From the NCBI GenBank assembly GCA_000002435.2, contig CM018792.1: a stretch of DNA of 64,000 bases, one strand, 5' to 3'. Numbering within the stretch: the stretch's first letter is position 1; the number at the start of each line of letters is the position of its first letter. Position numbers and translations under genes: made by a program. The notes below the pieces were generated by a model. The model searched no databases and was not told the origin of the DNA. It saw only the letters and a program-made list of their open reading frames with translations. Of this stretch, positions 1-7,624 are shown in pieces. Origin of the DNA: Giardia intestinalis (taxonomy: Eukaryota).

Positions 1-581
1 CTGAAGTGATCAAGTGTGCAGAGCTTCTCTATGTCCATAAGAATAACGCGATCATCTCCATGCATACTAAAATAGTTTCCACCCACGTGCTGCCCAGGCA
101 TTTTGGATTGTGTTACCAGAACCTTATAAGCCTCATCTGTCAAAATCAAATTTCCGCGTCCGTACAACTCAACTATCAAGTATCTTTTCAAGTCGCTGTT
201 ATATCGGCTAAACTCCAGGATGATTACACGATCAAAGTAGAACTGACTGACTCCTGTGCATATCATATTGCATATTTCTGTTCTGAGCCTATTTGAGAAC
301 GCCGTAGGCGGTATCGCCTTGCTCCAGTCAAAGCGTGTAGCATGCATATAAAACCCCGGCTCTATTATGATTGACGGCTTCGAGTATGTATCTATTAGTG
401 TCTGATTCTTTGTTTGGCACTGATCAATGACTGTAGTGGATGCATGAAACCGAAGAAGATAGGTGGTCTTGGAGAGATTTGTAACAGAATTAAGGCGTGT
501 ATTAACCAGAATAGCCGAAAGCTCTTTAGCCAAAACAGCTACATCAAAGGATGACGGGGTAAGTTTACGCGAGACAGACAT
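1..581 (-). CDS. NFACT-N domain protein (Rqc2/NEMF/Tae2-like ribosome quality-control factor). N-terminal ~193 aa only; the C-terminus runs off the window start
   Basis: Hand translation of the minus strand from the ATG at 579-581 gives MSVSRKLTPSSFDVAVLAKELSAILVNTRLNSVTNLSKTTYLLRFH...NLILTDEAYKVLV... with no stop up to position 1. It is absent from the ORF track because it has no in-window stop. The pattern LLRFH...GFY...RF...LILTD is typical of the NFACT-N domain. Confidence 0.6.
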   Translation of the reverse strand, partial: MSVSRKLTPSSFDVAVLAKELSAILVNTRLNSVTNLSKTTYLLRFHASTTVIDQCQTKNQTLIDTYSKPSIIIEPGFYMHATRFDWSKAIPPTAFSNRLRTEICNMICTGVSQFYFDRVIILEFSRYNSDLKRYLIVELYGRGNLILTDEAYKVLVTQSKMPGQHVGGNYFSMHGDDRVILMDIEKLCTLDHF

Positions 582-589
582 AAATTATC

Positions 590-740
590 TCAATTTTTTA
601 ACACGTTAAGATGTTTGCCTTTGTGCGGGTCGCCAATAGTGCCATTGCACATGTAAGACCATACGGAGACATTAGCTATGTCGGAAGAGAGAAAAGCAGT
701 AGAGGCAAAAGTTTTATTTGCGACAAGAAGGCAGATCAAG
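590..740 (-). pseudogene. 3' portion of a small secreted Cys-containing protein gene that is split by the GC-rich insertion (...LICLLVANKTFASTAFLSSDIANVSVWSYMCNGTIGDPHKGKHLNVLKN*)
   Basis: This is the same frame as the 5' portion at 4915-5091. The frame is continuous through the 10-bp direct repeat. Track ORF 590..778 continues the same frame with its N-terminus inside the island. Confidence 0.4.
731..740. repeat. Left copy of the 10-bp direct repeat GCAGATCAAG (putative target-site duplication)
   Basis: An exact 10-mer is also present at 4915-4924. Both copies coincide with the points where GC content jumps. Confidence 0.6.
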
Positions 741-875
741 CGTCCTGAGGGATCCTCTGTCGTCTCCACCTGCTTCACGCCGTGCTCCGGTGGGCTGGCA
801 CTCTGCGGTCGGCTCGAGCGCCTGCGGGCCTAGGTAGTAAATTGCCATCAGCGGGTCCTGCTCGCGGCCGCAGAC

Positions 876-2450
876 CTATTGCCTGGGAGCGGGGAGCTCC
901 ACGTCGCGGCCCTCGAGCCCGGGGGGCACGCGGTCGAGGACGGCGACAGATACGCCGCTCACGCCCTCCTCGCGCAGCGCGCTGGCCAGGCGCTTCCTGA
1001 ACCACTTGGCGGAGCTGGCCTCCTTGCCCTCCCGGTACTTGAAGCAGAAGTAGAGGGTCCCCCCGCCCCCCTCGTCCTGCACGACCCGGCTCAGCAGGTT
1101 CCACCACAGCAGCGGGCGGTCCTCGCCGCACCAGAAGCCCTCGCGCCGCCCGAGATCTCGGTAGGCCTCGGGCAGGTGGGCGACCTCCACGACGGGGCCC
1201 TGGGCCGCCTCTGCAGGGCCCCCGGCGCCGCACCAGACGTCCCCGGGGTCGAGGGCCGCGAGGCCGGAGCAGTCGCCGGGCACGCGCCCCTGGACGGCCC
1301 GGATCCCGACGCCCCGGTCGCGGGCCCTTCTGCAGGCCTCGGCGAACTTCTGCAGGGGCGCGGCGTGCCTGAAGCCGATGTACATCACGTACTCCCCGGC
1401 CTCCTCGCCGTGCAGGACGCGGTCCGGGGGCGTCTTCCCCTTCAGGACCCCCAGCCCCCGGAAGCCGGCCCCCCGGTACGCGTCGGGGATGCCTGTGAGC
1501 CGCACGACGCAGGCCGGGTCGCCGAAGGGCGCGCCCGCCCGGACCTTGGTCCTCGTGGTCCCGTCGTCGGTGTTGAGCACGACGCGCCGCTGGGCCCTCT
1601 TGATGGGCGGCTCGTCTGGAGGCTCTCCCGTCCCATCGGAGGAGCCGGAGAGCTCGACGTCGCTCACGGCGGGCGTCCCATCCACGCGCTCCGACAGCGT
1701 GCGGAGGTCGCGCCCGGGGGCCTCTGCGTATGCGTAGACGCTGCTGCGCCGGAGGGCCGGCCCCACGAGGAAGTTCCGCTGGCAGACGGAGTAGGCGCAG
1801 AGGCACGCGGCGTGGGCGGTGGGGAAGCGGGCCGCATAGCCCCGCAGCGCCCGCGCGCCCTCCCCGAGGACGAACTCGGAGAGGGAGACGCCCTCGGCGA
1901 AGACCGCGAGGTCTGCCAGCAGGCCGTCCCCGGACCCGGGGGCGCGGGGCACGACCCAGAGCGTGCCGTGGGCCTCGTGGGACTGCGGGAGGGACGAGAG
2001 GGCGCCGAGGCTGCTGAGCGAGACCTCGACCAGGGAGCCCGCGATGGCGCCCGCGGCCGGCAGGGGGGTGCGCGGCGGCTCGCAGGCCGGCTTCTCTGCA
2101 TCCCCACCGGGCCCGTACCGCTCGAGCAGCCGGCGCTCCCTCGGGTCGAGCGGGCGGCTCCCCCGGGCCTCGGCCTCCCGGCGGCCCCTCGCCACGCCGT
2201 CCCCCAGCGCCGCGGCCCGCCCCTCCTCGACGCACAGGCTCCTCTGGATGGTGTCGGCCAGGACGTCCGGGTCCCCCGTGAGCTCCAGGGTGCGGGCCGC
2301 CAGCCCGAAGAACGCCAGAAAGGTCCTCTGCTCGAGGCGCACGTTCACACTCAGCATGCATTTACGGACCCGGGCGGCGTACAGCGCGTGCGCCCCGTCC
2401 CCTGGCACGGCCGGCGGGGAGAGGGCGGCACCGGCGGGGCCCGCGGACAT
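876..2450 (-). CDS. Island ORF B, hypothetical protein, 524 aa, no recognisable domain
   Basis: ATG start. It is the long open frame in the only frame/strand combination with strong period-3 signal: position-3 G/C above 90%, position 2 mixed. Amino-acid composition is balanced, unlike the overlapping RGP-rich frame 775..2361. It starts 12 nt after the stop of ORF A on the same strand. Confidence 0.5.
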   Translation of the reverse strand: MSAGPAGAALSPPAVPGDGAHALYAARVRKCMLSVNVRLEQRTFLAFFGLAARTLELTGDPDVLADTIQRSLCVEEGRAAALGDGVARGRREAEARGSRPLDPRERRLLERYGPGGDAEKPACEPPRTPLPAAGAIAGSLVEVSLSSLGALSSLPQSHEAHGTLWVVPRAPGSGDGLLADLAVFAEGVSLSEFVLGEGARALRGYAARFPTAHAACLCAYSVCQRNFLVGPALRRSSVYAYAEAPGRDLRTLSERVDGTPAVSDVELSGSSDGTGEPPDEPPIKRAQRRVVLNTDDGTTRTKVRAGAPFGDPACVVRLTGIPDAYRGAGFRGLGVLKGKTPPDRVLHGEEAGEYVMYIGFRHAAPLQKFAEACRRARDRGVGIRAVQGRVPGDCSGLAALDPGDVWCGAGGPAEAAQGPVVEVAHLPEAYRDLGRREGFWCGEDRPLLWWNLLSRVVQDEGGGGTLYFCFKYREGKEASSAKWFRKRLASALREEGVSGVSVAVLDRVPPGLEGRDVELPAPRQ

Positions 2451-2462
2451 TTTAAGGAGGGC

Positions 2463-4781
2463 CTATGCCCCCAGAATGCCGCACTTCATGGCCAGCGACG
2501 CGTGCGGGAACTCGTCCCCGTCGGCGACCACGCGGTGGTTCGTCACCGTCGCGACCCCGAACGGGACGAGGTCCGACGTGATGACCTGGCCGTTGCTCCG
2601 CAGCCGGACCAGGCAGGACAGCCCGGAGGCGCCGAACGCCCCCGCGCAGATCTGCGCCCACTTGGCCGCGTCGCTGACGGGGAGGCAGACGTCCGGGAGC
2701 CCGACGGCCCGGAACCCGTTCGCCAGCAGGACGTGGATGAGGGGCTCCTCCCTGTTCGCGCTGTCTCGCAGGGTGAACGCACCGTTCAGGCTGCAGAGGC
2801 TGTGCTCCAGCAGGCCGCAGACAGAGGCGATCCGCTCCCGCGAGATCGGGAGGGCCAGGTAGAGCGGGCCGGCGGGCGGGGCGCTGGCCAGCTCGGAGAG
2901 CGAGCGGATGTCCGCCAGCCGGCCCTGGGCCCTCCTCGGCGCAGAGGGGTCGGGGGGCGTCTGCGCCGCGAGCCGGAGGTAGTCCAGCAGCCCCAGCTCC
3001 GCGACGGACGAAAAGTAGTACTGGAGGCGCAGGAGCCGGCAGCCGAGCACGAACCTCCGCGCAGCGCGGGGCGCCGCCAGGAGCCGCCGGAGGAGGTGGC
3101 CGTAGAAGGCAGAGCCGTCGTCGCAGTAGAGCCCCGGCGCCCTGCCGGAGGCGAGCAGCAGGGGGCTCCGCCTCGAGGGGAGGATCTTCTCGGCGCGCGG
3201 GGCGGGGAGCCTCTGGAGGTGCGGCACCGCGGAGAGAGAGGCGACGAAGCAGCCGCCCTCGACGTCATCGGCCAGGAGGTTGACGACGCAGAGGGGCCTC
3301 CCCGTGGCGGCGCAGAACTGCTGCAGCGCAAGGCAGCCGGAGCCCGGGTCTGCGGAGAGCACCTGGGACGAGGCGTCGAGGTGGAGCCGCGGCACGTAGA
3401 GCGGCCTGCCGCACCGTTGGCACGCCCTCCCGCGAGAGACGGGCTCCGAAGAAGGCTCCGCGCCGCCCTGGCCGTCCTCTGCCTGTCTGCCGGTGTGTCC
3501 GGGCGGGTCCGGGGCCGCGCTGTAGAGCACGTTGAAGGCCGAAACCGCCGGCCTGTGCTCCAGGAGGAGCGTGCAGGGGGAGCCCGCGCAGGTGCAGTAG
3601 GCGACGTCCAGGGGCGTGTGGGCGGCGCGGGCCCTGAAGAGCTGCCGCCTGTGCTCGGGAAGCAGCGCGGCGACGGTGTCGTCCAGCAGCCGGGCCAGCG
3701 GGTACGGGCCGAGGTAGGCGATCCTGAAGTCGGCGCAGCAGAGGTTGCTCAGGACCAGGTTCACGAACCGCGCGCCCTCCCTGCGGTAGACGTTGAGGAG
3801 CCGCGAGGCCGCCCGGTGCTGCTCCTCCGTGTAGCGCAGCACGCAGTACCTGCAGGCGGCCTGGCCTCCCGGGGGCCGGATGCCCTGCGAGGCCGGCTCC
3901 AGCCTCAGGTAGTGGCCCGCAACGACGTCCTGCTCCAGCGCGCGGAGGTGCGAGCGCAGGTCCTGCTCGGACGCGAAGGAGAGCAGCGTGGCGCCGAGGC
4001 CCGCGGGGGCGGGGGGAGCAAGGGCGTCTGCGAGCCCCGGCGCCGGACTGCCCCCGTACTCGGCCTGGAGGTCGCGGAAGGCGCCCGGGAGAGGAGGGGG
4101 CTGCAGGGGGCTCGACGGCCGGGCGGCGGGCAGGCTACGGGGCGGCGCGAGCTGCGAGAGGGAGCAGAGAAGGTGGTGGATCTCCTGGGAGACGAGGTCC
4201 CTCACCGCGGCCACGGTCCCGGGGCGGAGGCCGCGGAGGTGGCCCTCGACGCTGGCGAGGAAGCTCCGGGCCAGGTTGTTCGCGGCGCCGTACAGCCCCC
4301 CGCCCAATGCCCCGGCCGCGAAGAGCAGGGAGACGGCGTACGAGTGGGGCCCCGGGCTGTGCTGCAGGTGCTCGGAGAGGGGAAACGCCCGGGCGGCGCC
4401 GACGTCAAAGTTGTGCACCTCGTTGAAGAGGAACTCGTTCACGCGGTCGTGCACGGACGGGGCCCTGGAGGGCGGGGCGGGCCCCAGCAGGCGCGGCCGG
4501 GCCGGGCGGGGGAGCGAGCACAGGGTTCCGACGTAGACGCTGCCGGCCGCCCCCGTGGCCCCGAGCTCCTTCACCCGCCAGAGCCCGGGGCGCGCGCTCC
4601 CCGCCAGCGCGAGCTCGTCGTCGAAGGCGAGCTTGATGGCCTGGGCCGTCTTGCGCAGGTCCTCCTCGGCCAGGCGGCGGCTGCGGCTCACCCAGCACCA
4701 GACCGGGACGGGGACCGCCGAGACGCTTATGGAGAGCTGGACCTCCTCGACAAGGCCGGTGTCGATGAACGCATAGCGCAT
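2463..4781 (-). CDS. Island ORF A, hypothetical protein, 772 aa, Ala/Arg/Leu/Pro/Gly-rich, no recognisable domain
   Basis: ATG start. The first ~80 codons, translated by hand, show almost exclusively G/C at position 3 with A/T common at position 2. The frame is open for 772 codons. The 1376-aa plus-strand ORF 879..5009 is its antisense shadow, with its GC-rich position at codon position 1. Confidence 0.5.
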   Translation of the reverse strand: MRYAFIDTGLVEEVQLSISVSAVPVPVWCWVSRSRRLAEEDLRKTAQAIKLAFDDELALAGSARPGLWRVKELGATGAAGSVYVGTLCSLPRPARPRLLGPAPPSRAPSVHDRVNEFLFNEVHNFDVGAARAFPLSEHLQHSPGPHSYAVSLLFAAGALGGGLYGAANNLARSFLASVEGHLRGLRPGTVAAVRDLVSQEIHHLLCSLSQLAPPRSLPAARPSSPLQPPPLPGAFRDLQAEYGGSPAPGLADALAPPAPAGLGATLLSFASEQDLRSHLRALEQDVVAGHYLRLEPASQGIRPPGGQAACRYCVLRYTEEQHRAASRLLNVYRREGARFVNLVLSNLCCADFRIAYLGPYPLARLLDDTVAALLPEHRRQLFRARAAHTPLDVAYCTCAGSPCTLLLEHRPAVSAFNVLYSAAPDPPGHTGRQAEDGQGGAEPSSEPVSRGRACQRCGRPLYVPRLHLDASSQVLSADPGSGCLALQQFCAATGRPLCVVNLLADDVEGGCFVASLSAVPHLQRLPAPRAEKILPSRRSPLLLASGRAPGLYCDDGSAFYGHLLRRLLAAPRAARRFVLGCRLLRLQYYFSSVAELGLLDYLRLAAQTPPDPSAPRRAQGRLADIRSLSELASAPPAGPLYLALPISRERIASVCGLLEHSLCSLNGAFTLRDSANREEPLIHVLLANGFRAVGLPDVCLPVSDAAKWAQICAGAFGASGLSCLVRLRSNGQVITSDLVPFGVATVTNHRVVADGDEFPHASLAMKCGILGA

Positions 4782-4914
4782 GCCCGCGGCCGCCGAAGTA
4801 TTTTATGGAAAGCTCCCGGGCCGGCCGGGCTCCCGGGCGGGCGGTGTGGGCAGGCTGCCTTTCTATCCGCTAGCTGGAGCGCACCCAGAGGCGCCGCAGC
4901 AAGACAGCGCGGAT

Positions 4915-4924
4915 GCAGATCAAG
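4915..4924. repeat. Right copy of the 10-bp direct repeat GCAGATCAAG (putative TSD)
   Basis: Identical to 731-740. It sits immediately outside the GC-rich block. Confidence 0.6.
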
Positions 4925-5091
4925 TCGTTCACTGTGGAAGGACACCGAGAATAGTGCTCAACGCAGTGTGTATCTGAGTTCCTGTCGCACTTCTTTGTAT
5001 CAGTGTTGAGGGTGTAGCCCGGGAAGCATGTGTCCTTCCCGCTGTCCTTTGCCAGCACGGTTGCACAAACTAGGAGAAATCCTACCAACAT
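4915..5091 (-). pseudogene. 5' portion of the disrupted small secreted Cys-containing protein gene (MLVGFLLVCATVLAKDSGKDTCFPGYTLNTDTKKCDRNSDTHCVEHYSRCPSTVNDLIC...)
   Basis: ATG at 5089-5091. A signal-peptide-like hydrophobic N-terminus is followed by a Cys-spaced segment. The frame runs into the island and stops after 14 codons (track ORF 4870..5397). The upstream extension of the track ORF is probably non-coding. Confidence 0.4.
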
Positions 5092-5759
5092 TAGCCGGAG
5101 TACACGTGCCACTGCTCTTCCGTCAGGCTGATGTGTTGCCGCGAGCAGTGAGAGACAGCCGCTCTTGCTCTCCTTGACCAGTTGTACTAGAGAAGAACGA
5201 GATAAGAGCACACCCACCGGAGGCCAGCTGATGGCACGATTCCCCCTGGCTTCGATAGGAACAGGATGAGTGGGGGTCAGATTCAGACCGTGCCTCTCTT
5301 GTGGAGTGATTGTTTGGGATGCATTCCTATACATTGCTGTCGCTGTGCTCGTCGGCTTCCTCTGCAGAGGCAGGCATCTCGGTAATAAACGCGTCATTGG
5401 TGAGTTCTACTGATAGCGCCTAGATGTCATTAGTCCACGAATGTCCTGTTAATCATCCCAGAGAGCATGCCCTAAAATGTGACTTGCTTGGGCTCTGGCA
5501 GAATTGTGAATAAGCCAACTTAAACGTGTAAGTTTGTGCTATTGAAATTAGGAAAGAAGCGGTTCTCTTTCTCTAGCGAAGGACTAATAGAGAGCAAACC
5601 TCTAACTCTGCATATTGACAAAAGATTAAGAGTGATTCATAGCCTCGAAGATCAAAGCAAATGCCACAGTAGATACAATCTGATAATTTACTTTGCTATA
5701 CAAACTATCAATAGTTGGAGTACTAAATTCTACAAAAAGTGAAGGAGTACAGCACGAGA

Positions 5760-6725
5760 TTAGGCCTCCTGATCAACTGGAAGAGCACTATCTGCTGGTT
5801 GCTCATTAGCTGACTCGATCTGAGACTGGTTACTAACATCTTCCAATTGCTCCCTAGGTATCTGGGGCTTATCTGCATCGACCTGGGGAGGATGGCTAGT
5901 CGTGACTGGACATGAATTTTCAGGGGATCTGGGGGATTCAAGGCCTCCTTCAGCCTGCATTAGAGGATCCGGAAGAGAGGCCACATACGCTGCAAATGCC
6001 TCCATAATGGATACTGACTTGTCAGACTTGGCACGTTGATCAAGCGCAGCAGAAAGGCTGCTTACCTCTGCGTTGAGCTTGATGAAGTAGTCACCCATGC
6101 AACTGGTTAACTCGGCAATGAGGCTCATTGTAGTCCAGTCGATCTTCTCGAGGCTCGCGTGCTGATTAGCCATATGTTCCTTGTATGCTGTCTCGTCCAC
6201 CTCCCAAGAGCGCTTCAACTTCTGCATTTTAGCTGTTGTTTGCGATATTGCTTTAACCATCTTGTTTCCGCTAGAGCCTAGTTTCATATTCAAGATATCA
6301 AAGTCCAAATCATCGTACTGGCGCTTCTTCAAAAGGATTCCTTGTCGTTCCTTGTCAAGCTTTGTCATGCACCCACTCACAGTACGAAATGGCTTAACAA
6401 CACGCTCCTGAAAGCTCTGAGCGAGGTTGGCTACCGTAGAAACCAAGCCAGTATTGAGCGTGTTGACCGCTGAGATGAAGTCCTCGAGACTCTTAACATA
6501 GGGAGCACACTCAAAAGGTAAGAGATCCGGGCTTGGTGGGTTGCGCGACTTCAGGAGGGCCTTCTGCAGGTTCTTGGCAAACCCTTGGCCGATGACTCTC
6601 AAGTGTACAGAGAGCTTCTGGATCCACTCGAAGTTGTCGATGAGCTCATCAATACGTATCATCTCTGCGCGCTCGTAGAGGCGCACCTTGTTGGAGAAGT
6701 CGAAGTCAGGTTTAACCACGTCCAT
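5760..6725 (-). CDS. Hypothetical protein, possible BAR-domain (amphiphysin/Rvs-like) protein, 321 aa
   Basis: Track ORF 5760..6749 starts at TTG, so I trimmed it to the first ATG (MDVVKPDF...). It is predicted helical and coiled along its length. The C-terminus is acidic and low-complexity. Confidence 0.55.
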   Translation of the reverse strand: MDVVKPDFDFSNKVRLYERAEMIRIDELIDNFEWIQKLSVHLRVIGQGFAKNLQKALLKSRNPPSPDLLPFECAPYVKSLEDFISAVNTLNTGLVSTVANLAQSFQERVVKPFRTVSGCMTKLDKERQGILLKKRQYDDLDFDILNMKLGSSGNKMVKAISQTTAKMQKLKRSWEVDETAYKEHMANQHASLEKIDWTTMSLIAELTSCMGDYFIKLNAEVSSLSAALDQRAKSDKSVSIMEAFAAYVASLPDPLMQAEGGLESPRSPENSCPVTTSHPPQVDADKPQIPREQLEDVSNQSQIESANEQPADSALPVDQEA

Positions 6726-6913
6726 TTTTAAAAGCACTTTAAGACACAACTAAATCAGACAACTTCACAATGGGCTGTGGCTGGCATCAGATTGTGCTAA
6801 AACAATTGGACTCTGTCTGCGTCTCATACCTACTCTCTGGAGCAACACCCCCAAAAAGTTTACAATCAAAACGTCTGAAAAACTGCTAAAATTGGAATCC
6901 TTAATTTACCCAT

Positions 6914-7579
6914 TTAATGGGCTTTCCCCTCTGCGCTCTCCTCGTCCGCGGCTATTAGAACTTGCTGGACATTTCGCTTCCCCATCTTAACTAAGAAAAA
7001 TGTCAATCCCAAAATTCCTGTTACAAGAGAAATTCCGGCCATTTTTTCAAATGTAGCTTTATCGGAGTCAAGGATGATTATCTTCCGTGCGACCGCAGTT
7101 ATCGCGACTAAAATGATTATTTCTACATGAGCATCTGATGTTTCTATGTGCACAGCCACGCTCTGCATCAGCTCAAGTCCAATGAGGACATAAAAGAATG
7201 AACTAAAAAGGCTTCCATACTGGGATGTCCCAAATATGAGATTTGGCGGTGTTGCAAAGCTGTTATACAGGGAGTACCCGCACTCTATAAGGGACGTCAA
7301 AATGAATATAGCTAACAACAGTGCCAAAATAACTATGACGTACTTTTCAAAGATGAGCATGGCGACAATGTACCGCTTCAAAAACTGGTTAGAACATGAT
7401 TCTCTCCGATTAGCTATCTCTGCTGACTCCTGTGCTATCGTCGGCTTTTGCTCCGGCATGTCCGCTGGCAAGAAAACGCCTCTATCGAGAGCGATAGACC
7501 GCCGCGTTGCAGAGGGCTGCATGGCTACAATACCAAAGTTAGCTTTACTGGGTACAGAGGCCAAGTTGTCGCCATTCAT
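6914..7579 (-). CDS. Multi-pass membrane protein resembling the PsiE (phosphate-starvation-inducible protein E) family, with an N-terminal ~65-aa extension
   Basis: ATG start. There are four hydrophobic helices. The segment FFYVLIGLELMQSVAVHIETSDAHVEIIILVAITAVARKIIILD resembles the PsiE core ...YFLYFEFIALIVKYF...YIGITAIVRLIIVD as I recall it from E. coli. Confidence 0.6.
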   Translation of the reverse strand: MNGDNLASVPSKANFGIVAMQPSATRRSIALDRGVFLPADMPEQKPTIAQESAEIANRRESCSNQFLKRYIVAMLIFEKYVIVILALLLAIFILTSLIECGYSLYNSFATPPNLIFGTSQYGSLFSSFFYVLIGLELMQSVAVHIETSDAHVEIIILVAITAVARKIIILDSDKATFEKMAGISLVTGILGLTFFLVKMGKRNVQQVLIAADEESAEGKAH

Positions 7580-7624
7580 TTTTAAATCTTGACGGTGAAA
7601 CTTGTCTTGCTACAAGCAGAATGG

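Larger units (their letters stand above)
741..4914. mobile_element. ~4.17-kb GC-rich (~73% GC) inserted element of unknown class carrying two tandem ORFs
   Basis: There is an abrupt compositional shift at both ends, flanked by a 10-bp direct repeat. The element interrupts an ORF with the frame preserved. A 104-bp relic copy lies at 45265-45368. Confidence 0.6.

Noticed and set aside
6-296. 96-aa plus ORF at the window start
   Set aside because: It is antisense to the NFACT-N gene, starts at GTG, and shows no coding signal.
775-2361. 528-aa minus-strand ORF overlapping island ORF B in another frame
   Set aside because: Its translation is almost pure Arg/Gly/Pro low-complexity sequence, the signature of a wrong frame in GC-rich DNA. 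The 876..2450 frame has balanced composition and shares the GC3 phase with ORF A.
2453-2467. Perfect Shine-Dalgarno-like AAGGAGG 5 nt upstream of a plus-strand ATG between the two island ORFs
   Set aside because: The plus-strand ORF it would serve is only 39 codons of Arg/Pro junk. The motif is the reverse complement of the minus-strand spacer and is probably coincidental. I kept it only as a weak hint of a prokaryote-like origin.
741-4914. The GC-rich block as a Giardia rDNA unit, which is also about 75% GC
   Set aside because: It has a strong period-3 (codon) GC pattern with A/T frequent at position 2. I found none of the universal rRNA motifs, such as GTGCCAGC[AC]GCCGCGGTAA, the 1400-region TGTACACACCGCCCGTC, or the sarcin-ricin loop, on either strand.
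879-5009. 1376-aa plus-strand ORF spanning the island
   Set aside because: Its GC-rich codon position is position 1, which coincides with position 1 of the minus-strand genes. It is an antisense shadow kept open by the scarcity of A/T-rich stop codons. It starts at TTG.
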